DNA of 64,000 bases from the NCBI GenBank assembly GCA_963666285.1, contig OY762711.1; one strand, written 5' to 3'. This document shows, in pieces, positions 28,701 to 35,709 of the stretch. Position 1 is the stretch's first letter. The number at the start of each line of letters is the position of its first letter. Under the pieces are notes generated by a model, which did no database searches, was not told the DNA's origin, and was given only the letters and a program-made list of their open reading frames with translations. The stretch comes from Sedimentisphaerales bacterium. GTDB lineage: Bacteria > Planctomycetota > Phycisphaerae > Sedimentisphaerales > SM23-30. The position numbers and the translations under genes were made by a program.

Positions 28701-30340
28701 TCAGTGCCAATGAATATGCCCGGATGGCCCAGTCGGCATACGATCAGATCAAAACTGAAACTGATATCTATAATACTGTCATTTCCGGCGGTAAATGGAA
28801 CAATATGATGAGTTATAACCCTCGCAGCTTATCCGTATTTGATATGCCGGCAACAGGTTCCGTTGAACCGGTAAGCGGTGCGGCTATGGGTGCGGTCCTC
28901 GAAGGACAGTATACTGATATTGCCGCCTCAACAGGTACTGATGAGCCTTTTAACGACGATTTCTCAGATGGCAATGCCGATGGCTGGCTCACACTTAATT
29001 CTGACAGGTGGGAAGTTCGATCAAACGGTTCCATTATGGAATATGCCATTAATACTTCGGATTATTCCAACCTCTCAGGAGATCGCCTCGGCGAAATGGC
29101 CATGATCGAAGATTACAGCTTCGATAACTTTAATTTCACTTGCCGGCTTCGCACTGCCGATGATCTTTCATCCAATAGCTCTGCGGATCTTGCTGTTATC
29201 TTTGGCTATGTAGATGAATACAACTATAACTACCTGATTTTAACGACTAATTCCTCAAATTCCGCGTTATACCGTGTCCAGAACGGATCTCGTGTATTAG
29301 TCCAGTCACTGAATATCGGTATCCCTGACAATAGTTTCTACCCTGTTGAAATTGAAAAAACTTCTACAGAGTTATCTATAATATATCGCGGCCAGACCAT
29401 ACTCTCAACTAGCCAGCAGTTTAATCGCGGCATGATCGGACTCGGCTCCTATAATGATTCCGCGGCTTTTACCGATATAAATATCACTCCGCTCGAAGGA
29501 GCATCTGGTAACTCGTTACCTTGCTTTGATGTTTATACTGCCGGTTCTCATTTTATTGATATCTTCAACAAGGGAGATATCCCTTTAAGCTGGTCCGCCG
29601 TTCCTTCTGAATCATGGATACTTTTGGATTCTTCTGCTGGCACAATAGCTTCTGACCAGCGAATATGGGTCAGTATCGACTGGCAGAATGTTCCTTTCGG
29701 CAGTAGTAATGCATCTATCGATATTGCTGGTGCCGGGTCAAGTTTTGCTGTCGGGATTGAAGTTTTTAACCCGCAATCTCCTCGTCCGAATGATATTAGT
29801 GGCTTTGTCAGCTCAGATGGCTGTGTGAGTATCGAAGCCGAACATTTTTCTAATACGACTGCCGGAAATAACGTCTCTTGGGAACTGATCTCCACTCTGG
29901 GCACTTCAGGCGATACAATGACCGTTCTGCCTTTTACCGCTGCAAGTCACACGGAAATATCCGACATTATCGCCAATAGCCCGGTTCTCGAATATGATGT
30001 CTATCTATGGGAAACTGGCACTCTGCCGGTTACCGTTTTGTGTCTGCCTACGCACGCTGCTACTGATGAACGAGGATTACGTTATGCTGTCTCATTCGAT
30101 GATCAGCAGCCTCAGATTGTTGAATTTGATACTGCTGAATGGAGCTCTCAGTGGTCCCTGAACGTTCTTCAGGGTGCCGCCATTACCCAAAGCGAACATC
30201 AGGTTCAATCTGCAGGCAGCCATAAACTCAAAATTTGGATGGTCGATCCCGGCGTGGTACTTGACAAGATCATTATCGGTGACTACAAAACCAGTCGCCT
30301 TGGCCCTCATGAAACCGCTGTAATTTCTACTAATCCATAA
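25706..30340 (+). CDS. Modular GH115 alpha-glucuronidase (LamG-like + dockerin-like + GH115)
   Basis: 'GSDRRGTAYGVFDLSEKMGVSPWFWWADVP', 'PSVKYRGIFINDEDWG', 'LLRLKANHIWPAMH', 'NVGDIKPAE', 'MVDPGVVLDKI'; signal peptide. Confidence 0.92.
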   Translation: MRKYVNIIAIIIVLCILDNVSAVLPVTSSLVIHLDAGDLTGLSDGETVSTWQDASGVGNDAIQLNAVNMPIYIAESDAFNSNPCVWFDGSDDWLSLPSPAPFNVGSVTMFAVANYNSYVSNDQYIVAAQDGSGNDRMRFACNSDNSFEYRIGSTGYKAINTGPGNADLNVHIFEINSSAEGFLDGASVNIALNTSTETPVALNIGSYNFGQKDFFAGNLAELIIFSRVLDDDERNAVGEYLAIKYVLDTEYGGDYLQVFSPQPADDAVNISIETELSFQVPDSLQEPLFNIYLGTSVDNLLLVSELQSESVFKPYQSALLLNGQKYYWRVDIAGQGPGNIWSFSTVPEALASLDADINEDGYVNMLDLNQLCEAWLSHELIYDSVMADMTDFACISSMWEKNGPVPGSYVVSRARAEDFVIKYGSEIASIYVDADDFAVCRIAANCLADDIQAVCGIRPEIVNDISGLNGNVIFIGTIGHSSVIDSMVASSVIDITDTSGSWETFALEVVDQPIATVDKGLVISGSDRRGTAYGVFDLSEKMGVSPWFWWADVPVKYRDSIIVRNGRYKQGPPSVKYRGIFINDEDWGIHPWAKNTFSPEDGYIGPKAYEKIFELLLRLKANHIWPAMHSCTKAFNAFDENKYIADDYGIVMGSSHCEQMLRNNVWEWSRWTPDSGSQGSWDWCTNSSQIVEYWQDRVEVNALFENIFSTGMRGIHDGSMPCSGATSAQKVQKMEDEVFPAQQQIISQFVNVDYSSVPQVFCPYKEVLDLYDMDMQVPEHMTLLWPDDNHGYIRRLSNTSEQSRSGRAGVYYHMSYWGSPHDYLWLCSTGPGLIWEEMKKAYDYGADQVWVFNVGDIKPAEISMEFALRLAWDVSCWDNTNLREYLEYWAWREFGPDHKAQIADILIEYYRLGLTRKPEHMTSSGAGFSMVNYNDEVQLRIDAYKQLDSRADAIYRSLPVIYKDAFYQLVLYPVRGANLMNQKILYAQKSITYASQGRVSANEYARMAQSAYDQIKTETDIYNTVISGGKWNNMMSYNPRSLSVFDMPATGSVEPVSGAAMGAVLEGQYTDIAASTGTDEPFNDDFSDGNADGWLTLNSDRWEVRSNGSIMEYAINTSDYSNLSGDRLGEMAMIEDYSFDNFNFTCRLRTADDLSSNSSADLAVIFGYVDEYNYNYLILTTNSSNSALYRVQNGSRVLVQSLNIGIPDNSFYPVEIEKTSTELSIIYRGQTILSTSQQFNRGMIGLGSYNDSAAFTDINITPLEGASGNSLPCFDVYTAGSHFIDIFNKGDIPLSWSAVPSESWILLDSSAGTIASDQRIWVSIDWQNVPFGSSNASIDIAGAGSSFAVGIEVFNPQSPRPNDISGFVSSDGCVSIEAEHFSNTTAGNNVSWELISTLGTSGDTMTVLPFTAASHTEISDIIANSPVLEYDVYLWETGTLPVTVLCLPTHAATDERGLRYAVSFDDQQPQIVEFDTAEWSSQWSLNVLQGAAITQSEHQVQSAGSHKLKIWMVDPGVVLDKIIIGDYKTSRLGPHETAVISTNP

Positions 30341-30350
30341 TTTCTGCCAG

Positions 30351-30408
30351 CTATCTCTTTGCTGATAATCATCTACCTCCCAAAATACGATTATCTGCAA
30401 AGAGATAG
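30351..30408 (+). terminator. Long stem-loop after GH115
   Basis: CTATCTCTTTGC(T)GATAATC ... GATTATCTGCAAAGAGATAG followed by TTTT. Confidence 0.7.
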
Positions 30409-30504
30409 TTTTATGGAACTTAACTCTATGTCCAGTAATGCGTTATGTTGTGACTTGGTCCAATGTTTGTTTCTGACTCTTTGCTAATTCCGCTTTCAAT
30501 CTCA

Positions 30505-30533
30505 TTGACAATTACCTGTTTTGTCATTAACAT
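30505..30533 (+). promoter_or_regulatory. Sigma70-type promoter pointing into the non-coding repeat region
   Basis: TTGACA (30505-10), 17 bp, TAACAT (30528-33). Predicted start near 30540 coincides with the first repeat copy. Confidence 0.6.
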
Positions 30534-30539
30534 TAAGCC

Positions 30540-32373
30540 ATACCTTCACATCGTTGGAATATTCCAATGATGTGCCAGAGTGCGAAGCACGTATTTCCTG
30601 TTTGCTGGCCGCTGTTCGCTCGTAGCTGATTGCCTGTTCTACTATCATTTGTTCTAATTTTAAACAAGCCGTGAGCCGTTAGGCGAACACCTTAATTTTT
30701 CACTTTTAATTATTCATTTTTCATTTAGCGTAGCTCGTTGCTGTTTAGCTGTTTTCTGCCTACCGTGTTTGTCTGTGTTTGTCCGTGTCAGTCAGTGCTA
30801 TATTTAAAATGATATTTTGCAAATCTTGCCAGCTTTCCCTTCTCTCTTCTCGCTTCTTTCTTCTAACTCTTCTCATCCTTCAGGTGCCGCAATTTTGATT
30901 AAACTTTACCTATGCGTCAGCCTTAAAACAAGTCGTGAGCCGCAGCGAATTATTCCTGATGTCAACGTACATCAGGACACCTCCTTTACACTTTGATGCC
31001 GCTTCGCGGCATCTGGTCCGCCCACAAACCAAAAATAACAACTTACAACAAATCACGTAAATTTCTCAGCCCACCGCACTACCTCCGAGACCTGCCCGGT
31101 CAACTTCGCTAACCGCCTTCACTTTCGCTTCAACACATAAAAATAGCATCGCCGCTAGGCGATACCTTCACATCATTGGAATATTCCAATGATGTGCCAG
31201 AGTGCGAAGCACGTATTTTCTGTTAGCTGATTGCTGATAGCTCGTTGCTATTCCCTGCTCACCTGTTCTAATTTCTAACGACCTTCGGTCGTTCGCGCAG
31301 CACGTACTTCCTCTTAACTGACCGCTGGTTGCTGGTCGCTGGCAACTCGCTGCTGACAGCTCTCTTGATTTTATATACTTCATCCTTTATACTTCAGAAA
31401 CGCTTTCCATTTCTTTCTTTATCAGTGTGCATCGGTGTTCATCAGTGGTTCTCTTTTTTTTAAGGCGCCAGCCGCTTAAAATAAGCCGTCCGCGAAGCGG
31501 ACACCTCAACTCTTACCTCTTACCTCTTACTTTTTACCTGCCTTCCCATCTCCGCTTCGTCCCCGTCCGTATACCGCCGCACCCATTCAACGTTCCGCCG
31601 TATACTGCCCGCGGCCCGCAATTCGCCGCCGCTCAAATCCATTTGCCTTTTCACCGCCGTCAACCCGCCGCGATGACTCGTATACATGCCGCACACCTCC
31701 CGTTACCCATCAATTAGCCGCGAGCGATAGCGAGCAACCTTCCCTGGCACCTGAAACCAGATCCCTGACCCCTGATTTTCTCGAAAAAATCACCGCGTTT
31801 TTACAACCACCAAAACACGAAAATCCAAAATCTTAAAAATTATTATCCACTTTCCCTCCAACGCCTTACAAACTTCCAAGCCAACCATCCCACCCAAAAA
31901 ATCAGCGCACTTTTGACATACCGTCCAACAGTAGAGAGCCGACAAAAAATGAGAACCAGCAAAAATCAGCTCTCTCTAAAACATAACAACGACGAAAACT
32001 TCGTCTTTAACATAAAAACGCTCAATAAAAACTGAATATCAAAACGGTAAGCATTCACAGGTGCGTTATTTGCGTCAGACTCTGTGTTTGCGGAGCTTTA
32101 AAATAGGTCGCGATAAGCGATACCATAGCTTATTTCTTTTTACTTATATCTTATTATTGTAACCGTGTGAACGGTTACTTAAAACGATTTGTCACGGGCC
32201 TTTCCGTTCAGAATGAACGGTTATTAGACATTACAATTTCAATTCGTCTCCGAGCGAAGCGAGGCCTAGTCCAGACTATGTCTGGTCCGAGCAAAGCGAG
32301 GTCTGTTCCAAACTTTGCTTGGTCTCCGAAGCAGCTCGCCTGCGCTGAGGTCTAGTCCAGACCGTGTCTGGTC
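30540..32373. repeat. Non-coding mosaic of palindromes, mini-hairpins and 7/10-bp periodic repeats
   Basis: Direct repeat 30540-about 30640 / 31162-about 31270 with a 28-bp palindrome; several GAA/TTC/GNTA-loop hairpins; heptamer and decamer tracts; three roughly 39-bp REP-like units at 32246-32373. Confidence 0.8.
31520..31687 (-). CDS. Possible 55-aa small protein
   Basis: MYTSHRGGLTAVKRQMDLSGGELRAAGSIRRNVEWVRRYTDGDEAEMGRQVKSKR*, with SD GGAGGTG 6 nt upstream. No recognisable homology. Confidence 0.3.
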   Translation of the reverse strand: MYTSHRGGLTAVKRQMDLSGGELRAAGSIRRNVEWVRRYTDGDEAEMGRQVKSKR

Positions 32374-32383
32374 AGGTTATTTC

Positions 32384-32413
32384 TTGATTTTGGACGGTAA
32401 CTATCGATATAAT
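32384..32413 (+). promoter_or_regulatory. Putative sigma70 promoter of the GH78 gene
   Basis: TTGATT, 18 bp, TATAAT, ending 11 bp before the ATG (near-leaderless transcript). Confidence 0.45.
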
Positions 32414-32424
32414 GATACCTTATC

Positions 32425-35400
32425 ATGAAATTATTATATCTAATATTATTATTGTTTGCGTTATCCTGTATCACAGGCTGTCAGGATATTTTTCAAGGCA
32501 CAACTTCTGACATTACCATCAGCTCACTTCGCTGCGAATATCGAACTAACCCTTCAGGCATCAACAGTCAAAATCCTCACTTGAGCTGGATACTGAATTC
32601 AGACCGGCATGGCAAAAGTCAAACAGCTTACCAGGTCTGCGTCGCTTCCAATCTTCATAAGCTCCAGATCAATGAGCCGGATATATGGAACTCAGGTATC
32701 GTAAAAAGTGACAATACAATTTCTGTCTCGTATACAGGCACAAAACTAATCTCTGACACCGAATATTTCTGGAAGGTTCGTATATGGGACAATGATGGTA
32801 ACGTTTCTCAATGGAGCGAACCTGCAAAATGGTCGATGGGCCTTTTGGACAATAGCGACTGGCATGCCAAATGGATTGGTTTCGATGTTAAAGAAGAAGT
32901 TATTCCTGCACCGACAATAATAAAAAATGCAAATTGGATATGGTCTGAGCCACAGTCAAATACAGGTACACAACCTGCTATTTTATATTTCAGAAAGAAA
33001 TTTGATCTTCCACGAGGCTGGATAATCAAAAAGGCGGTAATATTCTACAATGCGGACGATTCTGTTTCTCTCTTTGTCAACGGTACCAAGCTGCGTTCAT
33101 TCACTAAGCGAAAAGTAATACATGAAGTTTCCTTATCCGACCTGATCAAACCAGGCCCCAATATCCTGGCATTTCAGGCTCAAAACGAAGGCGAAAAGAA
33201 ATCTCCTGCCGGGTTTATCGCTACGGTACGAATTGAATCTGAAAGCGGCGAAATTATCGAGTTTGCAACTGACGACCAATGGATTTTCTCTACCCAACAG
33301 CAGGGCGGTTGGAAGTCAATTGATTTTAACGACGGTAACTGGTCTCATGCCTGTAATATTGGCCCAATTGGAACCTCTCCCTGGCAGACTAACACACCGA
33401 TAGAGAAACTTCTTCCGCCGGCACGTTATTTTCGCAAGGAGTTCGACCTTGCCGATAAGCCAGTTAAACGGGCAACTGTTTATTCTACTTCTCTAGGCAT
33501 ATATCAGCTTTATCTTAACGGCATACATATCAACCGCGATTACTTATCGCCCGGCTGGACCGATTATCGTAAGCGTGTTATCTATCGCAGTTATGATGTG
33601 ACTGATATGCTTGACAAGCCTCTTAATGCTATTGGTGCTGTTCTTGCTGACGGCTGGTATGCCGGTTATGTCGGCGGCAGTCATCGTCGCAATCATTACG
33701 GTCACAAAACTCGTATCCTTGTTCAGCTCAATATTGAATATTCTGACGGTTCAACACAGGTTATAGCGACCGGCCCTGATTGGAAAGCATCATTGGGGCC
33801 GACTATATCGGCTGATCTGCTGCAGGGTGAAACTTATGATGCTCGCTGTGAATTCCCCGGCTGGAATAACTCAGATTTCGATGATTCCTTATGGAGCTCT
33901 GTAACAGTAAATGATACCGAAGTCGATCCAGAACTGTGTGCCGCGGTTACTGAGCCGGTAAAAGCTGTTGATACCATCAGGCCGGTTTCCGTTACCGAAC
34001 CAATTCCCGGCAGATATGTCTTCGATTTGGGTCAGAATTTCGCTGGTGTCGTCAGGCTGAATGTCAAAGGAGAAAGCGGGCACGAAATTATAATTCGTCA
34101 CGGTGAGCGACTAAATCCTAACGGCACTGTATATACTGCTAATCTGCGTACTGCCGCTGCAACAGATGTGTATATCTGTAATGGCAGCGAAGATAACACC
34201 TTTTGGCAGCCTCAGTTTACGTATCACGGCTTTCAGTATGTCGAGGTCAGAGGTTTAATAGATAAGCCGAATCTTAATTCTCTTGTCGGCGTAGTATTCA
34301 GCAGTGATACGCCGCGTGCCGGTTATTTCCGGTGCAGTAATGAAATGGTAAATCAGCTCTATTCGAATATATTCTGGACCCAGCGAATGAATTTTGTTGA
34401 TATTCCTACCGATTGTCCACAGCGTGACGAAAGATATGGTTGGACCGGTGACGCTCAAGTGTATATAAATACAGCGTGTTATAATAACGATGTCCATTCT
34501 TTCTTTTATAAATGGCTTACTGACCTGGCTGATGCCCAGCGAGATGACGGCCAATACCCAAGATATGCACCGCTAAAGATAAAACCAACAGACGGCGGCC
34601 CGGCATGGACTGATGCCGGGGTGATTTGCCCTTGGACAATATATGCAATGTATGGTGATAAGCGAATACTGGCGGTGCATTATGATGAGATGAAGCGATA
34701 TGTTGAGTTTAATCTGAACCGCTGCTCTGACAACCTCTTACCGCCGGAGAAATTTCACTGTTTCGGCGATTGGCTGAATATAAATGATGAAACGCCGCAT
34801 CATATAATATTTATGGCATATTTCGCTCATAGCGTAAATCTGATGTCGCAAATTGCTGATACCCTTGGCAATGCTCAGGATGCTGCCAGGTATAATGAGC
34901 TTTTCGAAAAGCTAAAGCAGTCTTTTTCCAATACTTATATTCAGCCTGACGGTAGAATCGAAGGCGATACTCAGGCTGGCTATGTCTTGGCAATTGCTTA
35001 TGATCTTCTTGACAGCCGCCGGCAAAAACTGGCTGGTGAGCATTTGATACGCAGGATTGAAGAGTGTGACAATCACCTTTCAACTGGTTTTATCGGTACA
35101 AAAGACCTGATGCTGGCACTGGCAAAGATTAACCGAAACGATATCGCGTATAAGCTGCTGCTAAATGATACTTTCCCTTCCTGGGGCTTTACCATCAAAA
35201 ATGGTGCTACCTCTATCTGGGAACGATGGAACGGCTGGACACCGGAAAATGGTTTTGCTGACCCGGATATGAATTCTTTTGCCCATTATTCTTTCGGTGC
35301 TGTTGGCCAATGGATATTTGAAAACATCGGCGGCATTAAATCTAACGCACCCGGTTTCAAACATATAGTAATACATCCTCAACCGGGCGGGGATATTACC

Positions 35401-35670
35401 TGGGCTGATACTTCATACCACTCAATTCGGGGAGAGATTGAGTCTAATTGGTCAATTCTCAATGACATCTTTTCATTGGAAGTAACTATTCCGGTCAATA
35501 CAAGTGCCCTTGTATATATTCCGGGTAACAATCCATCAAAAGTTGTAGAGTCCGGGGTACCGGCTTCTGACTCTGATGGTGTCACATATGTCGCTCAGCA
35601 GGATGGTTATACTGTTTATAAGCTCGCATCGGGGCATTACTCTTTTGCAGCACCATGGCAGGCAAAATAA
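32425..35670 (+). CDS. GH78 alpha-L-rhamnosidase (lipoprotein)
   Basis: 'LSPGWTDY', 'DLGQNFAG', 'FTYHGFQYVE', 'IPTDCPQRDERYGWTGDAQ', 'GATSIWERW', 'MNSFAHYSFGAV'; lipobox 'ITGC'. Confidence 0.95.
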   Translation: MKLLYLILLLFALSCITGCQDIFQGTTSDITISSLRCEYRTNPSGINSQNPHLSWILNSDRHGKSQTAYQVCVASNLHKLQINEPDIWNSGIVKSDNTISVSYTGTKLISDTEYFWKVRIWDNDGNVSQWSEPAKWSMGLLDNSDWHAKWIGFDVKEEVIPAPTIIKNANWIWSEPQSNTGTQPAILYFRKKFDLPRGWIIKKAVIFYNADDSVSLFVNGTKLRSFTKRKVIHEVSLSDLIKPGPNILAFQAQNEGEKKSPAGFIATVRIESESGEIIEFATDDQWIFSTQQQGGWKSIDFNDGNWSHACNIGPIGTSPWQTNTPIEKLLPPARYFRKEFDLADKPVKRATVYSTSLGIYQLYLNGIHINRDYLSPGWTDYRKRVIYRSYDVTDMLDKPLNAIGAVLADGWYAGYVGGSHRRNHYGHKTRILVQLNIEYSDGSTQVIATGPDWKASLGPTISADLLQGETYDARCEFPGWNNSDFDDSLWSSVTVNDTEVDPELCAAVTEPVKAVDTIRPVSVTEPIPGRYVFDLGQNFAGVVRLNVKGESGHEIIIRHGERLNPNGTVYTANLRTAAATDVYICNGSEDNTFWQPQFTYHGFQYVEVRGLIDKPNLNSLVGVVFSSDTPRAGYFRCSNEMVNQLYSNIFWTQRMNFVDIPTDCPQRDERYGWTGDAQVYINTACYNNDVHSFFYKWLTDLADAQRDDGQYPRYAPLKIKPTDGGPAWTDAGVICPWTIYAMYGDKRILAVHYDEMKRYVEFNLNRCSDNLLPPEKFHCFGDWLNINDETPHHIIFMAYFAHSVNLMSQIADTLGNAQDAARYNELFEKLKQSFSNTYIQPDGRIEGDTQAGYVLAIAYDLLDSRRQKLAGEHLIRRIEECDNHLSTGFIGTKDLMLALAKINRNDIAYKLLLNDTFPSWGFTIKNGATSIWERWNGWTPENGFADPDMNSFAHYSFGAVGQWIFENIGGIKSNAPGFKHIVIHPQPGGDITWADTSYHSIRGEIESNWSILNDIFSLEVTIPVNTSALVYIPGNNPSKVVESGVPASDSDGVTYVAQQDGYTVYKLASGHYSFAAPWQAK

Positions 35671-35709
35671 TAATTCAATTGAAATGCCAGGCTGAATGTT
35701 TAGGTAGTC

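Noticed and set aside
30540..31830. Integron cassette array (attC sites)
   Set aside because: No consistent RYYYAAC...GTTRRRY ends, no cassette ORFs and no IntI. The only recombinase is the phage integrase 22 kb away.
31949..32035. 28-aa ORF MRTSKNQLSLK...
   Set aside because: No convincing RBS or homology; A-rich sequence gives such ORFs by chance.
31168..32355. ORF-track ORFs 31168-31383(-), 31427-31717(+) and 32167-32355(+)
   Set aside because: They are translations of the heptamer and hairpin repeats with no RBS or protein-like composition.
30540..32373. CRISPR array
   Set aside because: The palindromic repeat has only two copies 622 bp apart, the 39-bp units have no unique spacers, and there are no cas genes in the window.
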